A stretch of 45,721 nucleotides of DNA, from positions 1 through 45,721 of the forward strand of contig JAZDPL010000077.1 in the NCBI GenBank assembly GCA_043797665.1, in the 5' to 3' direction. This stretch comes from Candidatus Omnitrophota bacterium (lineage in GTDB: Bacteria; Ratteibacteria; UBA8468; MWAK01). Numbering within the stretch: position 1 is the first letter of the stretch; the number at the start of each line of letters is the position of its first letter. A program made the translations under genes and the position numbers. Shown here one piece after another: positions 20,661 through 30,877 of the stretch. The notes under the pieces were generated by a model. The model searched no databases. It was not told the DNA's origin and saw nothing but the letters and a program-made list of their open reading frames with translations.

Positions 20661-22055
20661 TTACTGACGCTGGGCATCTAAAAAGTTCTTAACCAATCGG
20701 CCTTGTTCTTCCATCTCCACCAGAAAAGCATCGTGGCCATAGTCAGACGGTATTTCACAATAGGTAACCCCGGCACCGTGGCGTTTCAATACCCGGACAA
20801 TCTGTTCTGAATCGGATGGCGGATAAAGCCAGTCGGAACTGAAACTTAAGACCAAAAATTTCGTTTTAATCCCGCGGAAAAGGTCCCGTCCATAATCAGC
20901 AATTAAATCAAAGAAGTCCATCGCCTTGGTGATGTAAAGGTATGAATTGGCGTCAAAACGCTGGACAAAACTGTCTCCTTTGTAGCGCAGATAACCTTCC
21001 ACTTCAAAATCGGCGGTAAAGTCGAAACTATACTTTTCTTTGCCATTAGGGGCTGTCGCAGAATAAAGTTGACTATTTGGAGTCCCGGATTTGAGGTTAG
21101 TGCAAGGCGCGACGAAGGCTCTGTGCCCACTGTGGCACATAGTCGAGGAACAACGCCGCAATGACCCAAAGATGGGACTCCCCGAAGGGCCAGGCCGATT
21201 TTGGGCTGCGACTGCGTCGCTCATCGCTTCCGTACCACAGGGGGTACGCAAGCTTCTTCGCTCCTTGTCTCGCTCCAAAATCGCCTCTGGCAAATTGTCA
21301 ACTTTATTCTGCGACAGCCCCTTATGCCGGCGGCCGAACTTTTCCTCCATTGAGGCGTCGCTCATATAGGTAATGTGGCCGATCATCCGTGCCAGGGCTA
21401 AACCTTTTGCCGGTACACTCTTTCCGTAATAGTCACCGCGGCTCCAGTCCGGGTCAGACATAATGGCCTGCCGGCCCACCTCATCAAAGGCGATCTGCTG
21501 GGCGGAGTGGCGCAAAGTAGTAGCCACCGGAATAGCGGACTGCACCATCTCCGGATAGGCGGCCACCCACTGCAAAACCTGCATCCCGCCCATGGAACCT
21601 CCGGCAATCGCATAAATCTTTTTTATACCTAAATGTTCCACCAGAAACCTCTGGCAATTGACCATATCGGCGACGGTGATGATGGGAAAGGTCAAACCAT
21701 AGGGTTTTCCGGTAACCGGATTGACGGAAGAAGGCCCGGTACTACCCCGGCATCCCCCCAGAATATTAGAACAGATTACAAAATAGTGGTTGGTGTCAAA
21801 AGGTTTGCCCGGTCCGACCATTGGCTCCCACCAGCCAGTCTTACTTTCTCCTTTGTGGTAGCCTGCCACATGGCTGTCACCGGATAGCGCATGGAGAATA
21901 AGGATTGCGTTGGACCGGTTATTATTCAACTGACCGTAGGTCTCATAGGCTAAGGTAATTGGACCGAATTGCTGACCGCTTTCCAGCAATAGTCCTTCCG
22001 GTGCTTGAGCAAAAACAAGATATTTTGTCTCAATAAAACCAGCGTTTTTTTCCAT
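20661..22055 (-). CDS. metX: Homoserine O-acetyltransferase with a 92-aa in-frame MITE insertion
   Basis: HALSGD, GGSMGGMQ, ARMIGHITY, RFDANSY, SDWLYP, YGHDAFL. Confidence 0.93.
   Translation of the reverse strand: MEKNAGFIETKYLVFAQAPEGLLLESGQQFGPITLAYETYGQLNNNRSNAILILHALSGDSHVAGYHKGESKTGWWEPMVGPGKPFDTNHYFVICSNILGGCRGSTGPSSVNPVTGKPYGLTFPIITVADMVNCQRFLVEHLGIKKIYAIAGGSMGGMQVLQWVAAYPEMVQSAIPVATTLRHSAQQIAFDEVGRQAIMSDPDWSRGDYYGKSVPAKGLALARMIGHITYMSDASMEEKFGRRHKGLSQNKVDNLPEAILERDKERRSLRTPCGTEAMSDAVAAQNRPGPSGSPIFGSLRRCSSTMCHSGHRAFVAPCTNLKSGTPNSQLYSATAPNGKEKYSFDFTADFEVEGYLRYKGDSFVQRFDANSYLYITKAMDFFDLIADYGRDLFRGIKTKFLVLSFSSDWLYPPSDSEQIVRVLKRHGAGVTYCEIPSDYGHDAFLVEMEEQGRLVKNFLDAQRQ
21049..21321 (-). 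mobile_element. Family A copy 4 (273 bp), in-frame in metX
   Basis: TIR ggggctgtcgcagaataaagttgac; TTA duplicated on both sides. Confidence 0.92.
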
Positions 22056-22065
22056 ATTTAAGGGG

Positions 22066-23067
22066 CTAAAGAGTCAGGTTCAATCGGTCAATCTCAGACT
22101 GTTCGGCAGGCGTTACCAGTATTTTTTTTACCGGTCTGCTGCAACCGTATTTGACCAGAACTGATTTATCCTCATTATCCGAATATCGCGCGGTAATCCG
22201 GGCCGCCATTTCAACCGCCCTTTTCGTCTTTGGTCCCTGAAGGATGGTAAAAGGACTTCCGCAATCCGGAACTTCAAAGATATAGTCCGTTTTAAGTTTC
22301 TTCTCTTGAATCATCTGATTTTCTAACTGGTTCCGGCCCACGATAACCTTATTCTTCCCGAACCGAAAGTGGCGGCCGGTCTTAAGAAGAAAGATATCGT
22401 CCCACCCGATCGCTTTTTTATGCCGGAAAAGGTCCCTGAGTTTCTTGGCGAACTGTTCCATAGTCAAAAGACATCCGCCGGCCGGACAGGCGTAATTTTC
22501 TATCTGCCTTTCTTTTGCCAGCGCCAACTGGACCTTTCGGCTCCGGCCTTCAATCGCCATCAGATTGTCCCGGTCGACCCAGCCTTTCTTCTCCGCCTCG
22601 GTTGGCGGCAAAATCTTTGCCGAGAGCGGTCGTAAAATCTTACCCTCCAGACCTGATTCCCTTTCGATGAGTTTTAAGGCCCGCAGGTACTGGGACATCG
22701 GCCGCTGTCCCAAAACTTCACCGGTGACAAAAAATTTCGCTCCGAATTTCTGCGCGATATTTTTAGCCTTTTTCAACATAAATATCCGGCAGTCAATACA
22801 GGGGTTCATCCCGGAACCATAACCAAACTTTGGTTTCCGGATAACCGCCAAATAATCCTTACCTTTAGAAACTACCCTGAGTGGTATGCCAATCTGCCGG
22901 GATATCTCCGCAGCATAACACTTTCCGTTGCGGTCGCACTGACAAAAAGGTGAGGTAAACTTTATGCCCAGCAGGTCTATTCCCTGGTCCAGAACCATCC
23001 TGGCTGCCAGGGCCGAGTCCAAACCCCCGGACAAAAGTACCACCGCCTTAATTCTTCTTGTTCCCAT
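22066..23067 (-). CDS. ThiI/MnmA-like PP-loop tRNA thiolase with DUF814-like C-terminus
   Basis: SGGLDS, NPCIDCRI, TGEVLGQRPMSQ, PAGGCLLT, GRHFR. Confidence 0.8.
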   Translation of the reverse strand: MGTRRIKAVVLLSGGLDSALAARMVLDQGIDLLGIKFTSPFCQCDRNGKCYAAEISRQIGIPLRVVSKGKDYLAVIRKPKFGYGSGMNPCIDCRIFMLKKAKNIAQKFGAKFFVTGEVLGQRPMSQYLRALKLIERESGLEGKILRPLSAKILPPTEAEKKGWVDRDNLMAIEGRSRKVQLALAKERQIENYACPAGGCLLTMEQFAKKLRDLFRHKKAIGWDDIFLLKTGRHFRFGKNKVIVGRNQLENQMIQEKKLKTDYIFEVPDCGSPFTILQGPKTKRAVEMAARITARYSDNEDKSVLVKYGCSRPVKKILVTPAEQSEIDRLNLTL

Positions 23068-23226
23068 TTACAAGTCGCACCTCGCTTCGCTCGGAGCTCT
23101 CCAAAGGGAGTTTACACTCCCTATGGCGGTCACTAACGTTCCCTGTTACCCTCTCTACTGAGCAAGGGGGTTCTTCGCCACCCCCTTGGCAATCCCCCCC
23201 CTTGAACCTACTAAGGATATAAGTTC

Positions 23227-24159
23227 CTATAGGTTCAAGTCGGCAAAGAGGGCGGTGCTCAAATAGCGTTCACCGGTATCCGGGAAGACCACCACGACCA
23301 ATTTCCCTTTACTCTCCGGCCGGCCGGCTGTCTGCAGCGCAACCCAGGCCGCCGCACCGCTGGAAATTCCGGCTAAAATCCCTTCTTCTTTCATCAAACG
23401 TTTGGCGGTCGTTATGGCGTCATCATTTCCCACGGTGATAACCTCATCAATTACCTTGCGATTCAAAACGTCCGGAATAAAACCCGCGCCGATTCCCTGA
23501 ATCTTATGCGGACCAGGCTGACCTCCGGAAAGAATCGGTGAATCCTCCGGCTCCACTGCGATAATCTTAAGGCCAGGTTTCCTCTTCTTCCAGACCTCAG
23601 CCACGCCGGTAATGGTACCGCCGGTACCTACACCGGAGACAAAGATATCCATCTTGCCGTCGGTATCCCGCCAGAGTTCTTCCGCAGTGGTCTTCCTGTG
23701 AATCCGGGGGTTGGCGGGATTCTTAAACTGCTGAGGAATAAAAGAATTTCTGGTCTTTCGCGCAATCTCCTCTGCTTTATCCACCGCACCCCGCATTCCT
23801 GAAGTACCTGGCGTCAGTTCCAATTGCGCACCGAATGCCTTCAAAAGGGTACGCCTTTCCATACTCATCGTCTCCGGCATCGTTAAGATAAGCCGGTATC
23901 CGCGGGCTGCGCAGACAAACGCCAGGGCAATGCCGGTATTGCCGCTGGTGGGTTCAATAATAACCGTATCCTTATTAATCAGACCCGCTTCTTCCGCCGC
24001 ATCAATCATCGCCACGCCGATCCGGTCCTTAACCGAACTGCAGGGATTAAAAAATTCCAATTTCGCCGCTACCTCTGCCTTCAGACCTTCGGTTACCTTA
24101 TTCAGTCTTACCAAAGGTGTGTTGCCTACCAACCCGGTAATATCTTTCGCAATCTTCAT
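23227..24159 (-). CDS. cysK: Cysteine synthase A
   Basis: [45 protein letters not shown]. Confidence 0.95.
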   Translation of the reverse strand: MKIAKDITGLVGNTPLVRLNKVTEGLKAEVAAKLEFFNPCSSVKDRIGVAMIDAAEEAGLINKDTVIIEPTSGNTGIALAFVCAARGYRLILTMPETMSMERRTLLKAFGAQLELTPGTSGMRGAVDKAEEIARKTRNSFIPQQFKNPANPRIHRKTTAEELWRDTDGKMDIFVSGVGTGGTITGVAEVWKKRKPGLKIIAVEPEDSPILSGGQPGPHKIQGIGAGFIPDVLNRKVIDEVITVGNDDAITTAKRLMKEEGILAGISSGAAAWVALQTAGRPESKGKLVVVVFPDTGERYLSTALFADLNL

Positions 24160-24175
24160 TCTCCGACTCCCATTC

Positions 24176-25492
24176 CTACCGCTGACTGGCAGAAAGCGCC
24201 TGGTCCAAATCAGCGATAATGTCTTTAACGTTCTCCAGCCCTACGGAAAGACGTACGTAATCTTCGGTAACACCGGTACCAACCCGTTCTTCCGGAGTCA
24301 ACTGCTGGTGGGTGGTAGTGGCCGGGTGGATAATCAGGGTCTTGGCATCACCGATATTAGCCAGATGGGAAATCAGATTCACGGAATCAATCAACTTCCG
24401 ACCCGCCTTTTTACCTCCTTTGATACCAAAACCAATTATGGCACCAAACCCCTCCTTTAAAAACTTCTTTGCCCGGCTGTAGTCCGGATGGTTGGGTAGA
24501 CCGGGATAATTAACCCAGTCAACCGCAGGATGTCTTTCCAGCCAGCGGGCAGATTCAAGAGCGTTTTTAGAATGCTGACGCACCCTTAAGGGAAGTGTCT
24601 CCACCCCCTGGAGAATTAAAAATGAATTAAAGGGAGAGATACAGGGTCCGATGTCCCGAAGTAATTGAACTCGTGCTTTCAGAATATAAGCCAGACCGGG
24701 AACCTTCGCTTTCTTATGGTTGCCAAAGGCGGTCCAGTAGGATAGACCACTGTACGAGGGGTCTGGTTCGGTAATCTCCGGGAATTTACCGTTTGCCCAG
24801 TTAAAAGTACCACCCTCAATAATCGCACCGCCCAAACTGGTGCCGTGACCACCTAAAAATTTGGTCAGGGAATAGACCACGATGTCCGCACCTAATTTTA
24901 TTGGCTGTAAGAGCGGCGGCGGAGAAACCGTGTTGTCAATAATAAAAGGAATCCCATACCGGTGGGCTACTTCCGCGATTCCCGGGTAATCGTCAACGTT
25001 GTTTTTGGGGTTGCCGATGGATTCGGTGTAAAGAAGCCGCGTATTCTTATCAACAGCCTTAGCAAAATTTTCCGGTTTCGAAGAATTGACAAAACGGACC
25101 TCAATCCCCATCTTGGACAAAGTGTAGTGAAAAAGGTTATAGGTACCGCCGTAGAGGTAAGTGGTGGAGACGATATTCTGACCTGCCTTAGTAATGTTGA
25201 GTATTGCCAAGAAAATTGCCGCCTGCCCGGAAGAGACCACTAAACCACCTCTGCCACCGTCCAGTTCTGCCAGTCTCTTTTCCAAAACGTCGGTGGTTGG
25301 ATTCATAAGCCGGGTATAAATGTTCCCGAATTCTTTTAAAGCAAAGAGGTTCGCGGCGTGTTCGGTGTTCTTAAAAACGTAACTTGTGGTCTGATAAATC
25401 GGGACCGCCCGGGCACCGGTTACGGAATCAGCTTCCTGTCCGGCGTGTAAAGCCTGGGTTTCTATCTCCTGTTTCGCTTGTGCCTTTTTCAT
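24176..25492 (-). CDS. metY: O-acetylhomoserine sulfhydrylase
   Basis: [46 protein letters not shown]. Confidence 0.9.
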   Translation of the reverse strand: MKKAQAKQEIETQALHAGQEADSVTGARAVPIYQTTSYVFKNTEHAANLFALKEFGNIYTRLMNPTTDVLEKRLAELDGGRGGLVVSSGQAAIFLAILNITKAGQNIVSTTYLYGGTYNLFHYTLSKMGIEVRFVNSSKPENFAKAVDKNTRLLYTESIGNPKNNVDDYPGIAEVAHRYGIPFIIDNTVSPPPLLQPIKLGADIVVYSLTKFLGGHGTSLGGAIIEGGTFNWANGKFPEITEPDPSYSGLSYWTAFGNHKKAKVPGLAYILKARVQLLRDIGPCISPFNSFLILQGVETLPLRVRQHSKNALESARWLERHPAVDWVNYPGLPNHPDYSRAKKFLKEGFGAIIGFGIKGGKKAGRKLIDSVNLISHLANIGDAKTLIIHPATTTHQQLTPEERVGTGVTEDYVRLSVGLENVKDIIADLDQALSASQR

Positions 25493-25512
25493 CTTTTTCT
25501 TCTCCTTGTCTA

Positions 25513-26394
25513 CTAAATTTTGAACTCTCCGGTATCAATCCACTCATTTTTCAAAAGGCACCACCAATCAATGGCTAAACTTGAAAGGACATACCGGTAA
25601 GGAAGCCAGCCGTAGCCGTCCCCACCCCATTCCTTACCCCAGGAATTCCGTATGATTAAAGCGCCGGTGGTCTCTATTCCCCCGGGATTATTATTCTTAA
25701 TCTTCATTTTATCGTCGTAACCAACCGCCACCACCGCATGACCACCCTGAACCTTCTCCCCTGTCTGAGGAAAAGGTATCTTACCGCCGGAATCTGCCTG
25801 AACGATAGAATTATACACCGTGAACCCAAACATAGCAGGAATACCGGCACTTAAATACGCTTTAATGCTCTTTAAAAGTTCACCCTCAGCGGTTCCCGCC
25901 GGGTCAAGCCTAACGTACTGAATGGTCTGGTAATTCTGGGCAAAGGCATAGCAGAAGGCAGGCGGTTCCCGGTCAAAATCTTCTGGTTTATATTGCCAGT
26001 ATTCCTCAGGCGGGACGCCAAAGAGAACCAGGCCCGCCATCGTGGTGCGCAAAAAAGCGCCGGTATCTCCGGACATGCGGGAAAGGTTACGGGTTACTTT
26101 ATAAAGGAAGAGTCTGGAACCATCAATGTGTTTTCCAAAGGCTCTCCTCTGAAAATATTCCACCACTCCGATACCCGCGTGCGCGGTACAGGAACCCAGA
26201 TTCTGCTGGTTCTCAACCGGAGAACACCACCGGCGTAAATCGACCGCCGGAGGTAAATTCTTCTCTCGGCCAAGATTGGACAGCCCGGCTTTTTTAAGCA
26301 TCGGTTTCACCTTAACGTTTTCCGGAGTATAATCGCGCAGGTCCGGATAGTCCGGCAGCCAGCCCATTCCCGGCAATCTCTGTGTCTCAGCCAT
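25513..26394 (-). CDS. Papain-like C1 family cysteine peptidase
   Basis: [32 protein letters not shown] 26394 with GGAGGT SD. Confidence 0.88.
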   Translation of the reverse strand: MAETQRLPGMGWLPDYPDLRDYTPENVKVKPMLKKAGLSNLGREKNLPPAVDLRRWCSPVENQQNLGSCTAHAGIGVVEYFQRRAFGKHIDGSRLFLYKVTRNLSRMSGDTGAFLRTTMAGLVLFGVPPEEYWQYKPEDFDREPPAFCYAFAQNYQTIQYVRLDPAGTAEGELLKSIKAYLSAGIPAMFGFTVYNSIVQADSGGKIPFPQTGEKVQGGHAVVAVGYDDKMKIKNNNPGGIETTGALIIRNSWGKEWGGDGYGWLPYRYVLSSLAIDWWCLLKNEWIDTGEFKI

Positions 26395-26410
26395 ATCCAC
26401 CTCCCGTCCT

Positions 26411-26785
26411 TTATCCAACGTTATTCTCAATACATTCAATAAGTTCTTTTTTACGCACCGGTTTGGCAAGGAAAGGGTATCCGCCGATAACCGGGCAACC
26501 GGGCGTTACCTCGTCTTTCGTTGCCATGGCGGTTAAGAAGACAATCGGGATATCTTTGGTGCCTTCGTCTTTCTTTATCTGAGCGGCAACTTCGTCACCA
26601 TTCATACCCGGCATAATTATATCCAGCAATATCAGGTCCGGTTTAAACGATTGTGCGGTCAAAAACCCCTGCGTCGCTTTGTTCTCTATCCTGACCTCGT
26701 ACTGCCCGGTTGCCTCTAAGTTAAGTTTTACCACCCGGGTAAAATCCTCTTCGTCATCAATAATCAGAATCCTTTTCTTTCCCAT
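26411..26785 (-). CDS. Single-domain response regulator
   Basis: ILIIDDE, PDLILLDIIMP, VFLTA, AKP. Confidence 0.9.
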   Translation of the reverse strand: MGKKRILIIDDEEDFTRVVKLNLEATGQYEVRIENKATQGFLTAQSFKPDLILLDIIMPGMNGDEVAAQIKKDEGTKDIPIVFLTAMATKDEVTPGCPVIGGYPFLAKPVRKKELIECIENNVG

Positions 26786-26796
26786 ATACCCTCCAA

Positions 26797-28383
26797 TTAC
26801 TCTTGTATCCTCAAGGTAATCATAACTTTGGTGCCTTTACCTTCGTAACTATCGAAATTTATCAGTCCCCTATGCATGGTAATTATATTCCTGGTAACCG
26901 AAAGACCCAGGCCGGTCCCCATCTTGGGTCCCTTAGTCGTAAAGAACGGGTCAAATATCTTTTTTATATTCTCTTTAGAAATTCCCTCGCCGGTATCTTC
27001 TATTTCCACCATTATTACCCTTTCGCCGAGTTTAAAAGAATCCCCGCTTCTTATTCCTACTCCGTTGCCCGGTGTATCCAATTGAGTGAGGCAACTACGG
27101 ATAAAGATTTTCCCGCCGTTGGGCATAGCCTGAACCGCGTTCATAAATAGATTGATAAAAACCTGTTCCATCTTTTCTTTATCCGCTGAAACTTCAGGCA
27201 ATTCCCCGGCTAACTCCTTTATAATCCCGACGTTTTTGCCTTTAACCTCATGCTGAACCAGAAGAAGAGAATTATCTAAGATAGCATTGATGTCTTCCGC
27301 TTTCAGCGTCAGGCGTGTCGCTTTGGAAAAATCAAGTAACGTGGAAACGATTCTATCGGCTTTTCCGACATTATCTTCAATCATTTGAATAACTTCGGCA
27401 ACGTCTTTTTCTTTTGGGGTAATTCTATTGTTCAGGAAATCGGCTCCCTGAACTATGATTGCCAGGGGATTCCTTATTTCATGGGCGACACCGCTTGCCA
27501 ATTGCCCCACCGCCTTAATCTTCTCAGCCTGAATCAACATATTCTGCATATCTTCCAGCCTTTTGTAAGCCTTCGCCAGTTCCTCTGCCTTAGCCCGTTC
27601 TGTTTCGGCCACCGCTACGGCGGCGGCAACTTTCTTCTCCTCTTCCAGGGAATCTTCCAACCTTCGCTTAATCTCCCAGTTGAAAATATTTAATATGCTC
27701 CAAACACACACGGCTAAAATAACGCTACAGATAGCGCGGAATACCTGAACCGGAATACCTACAAAATTCAAGAAAGATGTGGTATTTATCAAAAAGGCCG
27801 GGAAAAAGTTCGCCTTGGGAACAACAAGCCCACCCAAAACCGCATAAATAATGGTGGTAAAAGCAGCCATAACGAAATATCGCCGGACGTGAAGTGGTCG
27901 TAAGATAGCCTGGTTACCACGGTAGTAAAAGATAAAACCGGTGCCGGTCAACAGGCCTCCCGGAAGTCCTAAAAAGTACCGGGGCCAGATACTCTGGTCA
28001 CACTCCGGGATATTGATTAATACCAAAACAAGAAAACTTAAAATAACTGTGCTCACCTGGTTTGGTAAAAACTTCTTAAAACTTAAACCAACAAACCGAC
28101 GGCCGAATTCAAAGAGGAATAGATACGATATGGTTAAAAGTATCAACCGGACTTGGTCAAACAGTTCCGAGGAGGAACTCCTGATTATCGCGAACATATC
28201 CAGCCACTCATTCATCCCGTGGCTTAAACCGAATTCGGCCAGCAGCCAGATAATCCCTGATAACCGGAACAAACTATCCTGACTGCGCGGGTGAACCAGG
28301 ATAGCGACACCCGTCACCACAAAGGAAAGACCGTAGATGAAGAAAACCACATCCAGATTTTTAATAAAAAATATCGGCAACAT
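26797..28383 (-). CDS. Multi-TM sensor histidine kinase
   Basis: About 7 TM helices; AHEIRNPL, NLFMNA, DTGEGI, FDPFFTTK, GTGLGL. Confidence 0.9.
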   Translation of the reverse strand: MLPIFFIKNLDVVFFIYGLSFVVTGVAILVHPRSQDSLFRLSGIIWLLAEFGLSHGMNEWLDMFAIIRSSSSELFDQVRLILLTISYLFLFEFGRRFVGLSFKKFLPNQVSTVILSFLVLVLINIPECDQSIWPRYFLGLPGGLLTGTGFIFYYRGNQAILRPLHVRRYFVMAAFTTIIYAVLGGLVVPKANFFPAFLINTTSFLNFVGIPVQVFRAICSVILAVCVWSILNIFNWEIKRRLEDSLEEEKKVAAAVAVAETERAKAEELAKAYKRLEDMQNMLIQAEKIKAVGQLASGVAHEIRNPLAIIVQGADFLNNRITPKEKDVAEVIQMIEDNVGKADRIVSTLLDFSKATRLTLKAEDINAILDNSLLLVQHEVKGKNVGIIKELAGELPEVSADKEKMEQVFINLFMNAVQAMPNGGKIFIRSCLTQLDTPGNGVGIRSGDSFKLGERVIMVEIEDTGEGISKENIKKIFDPFFTTKGPKMGTGLGLSVTRNIITMHRGLINFDSYEGKGTKVMITLRIQE

Positions 28384-28449
28384 ATTGTCCTACCTGAAAA
28401 CTGGTATTATATTAAAGGATACCACTGTTTCTCTTAGGTAGTCAAAATA

Positions 28450-29784
28450 TCATAAAGAACCTATCACCTGATATGTACGACTCAGGATGTCCTTCAGTTC
28501 TTCTTCTGTCACGCAGAGCGGAAGAAAAAGGTAGGTAACGCTACCCAAGGGACGGAGAATCAAATTCGCCTTTAACCCTCTTTTATATACTTCCCATCCA
28601 ATCCTTTCTTTAAAACTGAACGGTTCCTTTCGTTTTTTATTCTTTACCAACTCCAGGGCGCCAATCATACCCAAGTACCTTACGTCACCAACGATGGCCA
28701 GGGACCGGAACTCCTCCAGACCTTGATGAAACAGAGGTATCAGTTTCTTCAATCTTTCTAATGTCTTCTCTTCTTTAAAAACCCGGAGACTTGCCCGGGC
28801 GCAGGAGACCGCGATTGGATTTGCGGTATAGGTATGACCGTGGTAAAAGGTCTTCTTCTCCTCGTAATCAGCGTAAAATGCCTGGTATATCCGGTCAGTC
28901 ATCAAGGTAACTCCTAAAGGCAGGGTTCCGGAAGTGAGCCCTTTGGAAAGGCAGATAAAATCAGGCTGAATATCCACATAATTACAGGCAAACATCTTAC
29001 CGGTCCGGCCAAAGCCGGTCGCAACCTCGTCCAGGAGCAGGTGAACATTATACTTTTTGGCAATTTCCGCCACCCTCTCCAGATATTCTTTCGGATAGAC
29101 AATCATACCGCCAGCCGCCATCACCAACGGCTCCAGAATTATGCCGGCAATCTCCCGGTGCTTCTGCGAAACCAACTCTTCTATTGGTTTAACGCAATCC
29201 AAACGGCAATCCCCTTGTTCTTTACCCACCGGACAGCGGTAACAGTACGGCGAAGGAACCTGGAAAGAACTAAAGAATAAAGGTTGAAATACCTGATTAA
29301 AAAGCCCTACTCCGCTCACGCTCATCGTGCCAATGGTGTCACCGTGGTAACCAAGGTCCAAGGAGACAAATTTCACCTTTTTCTTCTTCCCGGTATTCTG
29401 CCAGTACTGAAATGACATCTTTAAAGCAGACTCAACCGCAGTGGAACCGTTGTCGGAGAAAAAAACTTTGGTCAGGTTTTTGGGCGATATCGCCACAAGT
29501 TTTTCCGCTAACGCGATGGCTGGCTTATGGGTAAAACCTGCGAATAAGACGTGGTCCAAACACTCAATCTGTTCTTTTATCGCTTTCTTTATCTCAGGGT
29601 GGTTGTGTCCGTGGACGTTACACCACCAACTGGCTATGGTGTCGTAATAGAATCTGCCCCGGTGGTCATAAATCTTAATCCCCTTCGCCCGTTCTATCAG
29701 GATAGGCGGCAGATGTTGGCAGTCTTTCATCTGGGTATAGGGATGCCAGATATACTTCCGGTCCTTTTCCAGCCACTTATCCAT
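28450..29784 (-). CDS. bioA: Adenosylmethionine-8-amino-7-oxononanoate transaminase
   Basis: IWHPYTQM, SWWCNVHGH, SDNGSTAVE, DEVATGFGRTG, SKGLTSG, HGHTYTANP. Confidence 0.95.
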   Translation of the reverse strand: MDKWLEKDRKYIWHPYTQMKDCQHLPPILIERAKGIKIYDHRGRFYYDTIASWWCNVHGHNHPEIKKAIKEQIECLDHVLFAGFTHKPAIALAEKLVAISPKNLTKVFFSDNGSTAVESALKMSFQYWQNTGKKKKVKFVSLDLGYHGDTIGTMSVSGVGLFNQVFQPLFFSSFQVPSPYCYRCPVGKEQGDCRLDCVKPIEELVSQKHREIAGIILEPLVMAAGGMIVYPKEYLERVAEIAKKYNVHLLLDEVATGFGRTGKMFACNYVDIQPDFICLSKGLTSGTLPLGVTLMTDRIYQAFYADYEEKKTFYHGHTYTANPIAVSCARASLRVFKEEKTLERLKKLIPLFHQGLEEFRSLAIVGDVRYLGMIGALELVKNKKRKEPFSFKERIGWEVYKRGLKANLILRPLGSVTYLFLPLCVTEEELKDILSRTYQVIGSL

Positions 29785-29804
29785 ATCTGGCCATACTCAT
29801 CTAC

Positions 29805-30005
29805 GTAATGTATTAGCGTTGGGAAGTCTTCGCCAACAAGTTTGCAGAGGCAGAAGGACAGTGGTTAGGTTTCCGGAAAGAGGGAAACCAAGTGTTTATC
29901 TTGGTGGGTTCCCCTTGAGAGAAACCTTTACCACTGTTTCTGCCAGAGCTACTGTCCGAAGTTGGTGAAGACTTCCCGACGCTCTTTCTGACGCTAATGT
30001 GTTAC
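29805..30005. repeat. Family G ~200-bp nested hairpin element, copy 1 (upstream of bioA)
   Basis: gcgttgggaagtcttc/gaagacttcccgacgc, ggcagaa..acagtggt/accactgtttctgcc; homolog at 33752. Confidence 0.8.
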
Positions 30006-30034
30006 CTCGTCCGAAAGATTTTCCTACGCATATA

Positions 30035-30751
30035 TTAATCCTTAGTTAATAAAATTTTCTTCCCGATGGGAGCAAAATGTCTGTGTAATTGGGAAAGGTG
30101 TTTTACCCTGGGTAAAACACCTAAAACCTTTTCACCGGATATCTTAGCGACTATTTCAGGGTTATCCTGCAGGATTCTTTTGTCTTCGTTGGGTGAGATG
30201 TTGTTAAAGATTACGCCCAGGGTCTTAATCTTGCGTGCTTTCAGGGCTTCCAGACTTAAAAGGGTATGATTGATTGCGCCCAACCTGTTCCCAGCCACTA
30301 ATAATACTGGCAAGTTTAGTTTCTTTACGAAATCGGCTAAAAGACAGGAACCGGTAAGCGGCACAAGCAAGCCGCCTATTCCTTCTACAATGACAAAATC
30401 AAACCCGTTCGCCAGAACTTTTAAGGTTTCCTCTATTCCAGACAGGTCAATCCGCCTTTTTTCCAAACGGGCAGATAAATACGGTGCGGAAGGAAATTTA
30501 AAGATATAGGGCATCATTAGAGAAAGATATCCCTCAAAGTCCCGGCGCTTTTTCTCCATCAGTCTCAGATGGACTTCCATGTCCTCAGGAAAACCGGAAC
30601 AACCGGTCTGAACCCATTTCTGGGTTACCACCCGGTACCCTTTCCTTGAAAGGTAGCGGCCCAACAGACCGGTAGCCACGGTCTTGCCTGCTCCGGTGTC
30701 TGTGCCCGCCACAAAAATTACCTTTCCAGTAAACATTTGATACAAACGCAT
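30035..30751 (-). CDS. bioD: Dethiobiotin synthase
   Basis: GTDTGAGKT, KWVQTG, VEGIGGLLVP, LGAINHT; start may be 30736. Confidence 0.92.
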   Translation of the reverse strand: MRLYQMFTGKVIFVAGTDTGAGKTVATGLLGRYLSRKGYRVVTQKWVQTGCSGFPEDMEVHLRLMEKKRRDFEGYLSLMMPYIFKFPSAPYLSARLEKRRIDLSGIEETLKVLANGFDFVIVEGIGGLLVPLTGSCLLADFVKKLNLPVLLVAGNRLGAINHTLLSLEALKARKIKTLGVIFNNISPNEDKRILQDNPEIVAKISGEKVLGVLPRVKHLSQLHRHFAPIGKKILLTKD

Positions 30752-30764
30752 TAAATAATTTGAC

Positions 30765-30877
30765 GTAGGGGGCGGATTTATCCGACCCGCGGGCTCAATA
30801 AATTGAGCCCCTACACTTCTTGTCTCGCTCCAAAATCACCTCTGGCAAATAGTCGATTTTATTCTGCGACAGCCCCC
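30765..30877 (-). repeat. Family B REP doublet (30765-30814) abutting a truncated family A end (~30817-30877)
   Basis: ttgtctcgctccaaaatcacctctggcaaatagtcgattttattctgcgacagccccc-tta matches the end of copies 3/4; supplies the bioC stop. Confidence 0.8.

Noticed and set aside
21049..21321. Intein explanation for the MetX insert
   Set aside because: No N-terminal C/S or C-terminal HN-[C/S/T], and too short; boundaries are defined by DNA TIRs and TTA duplication.
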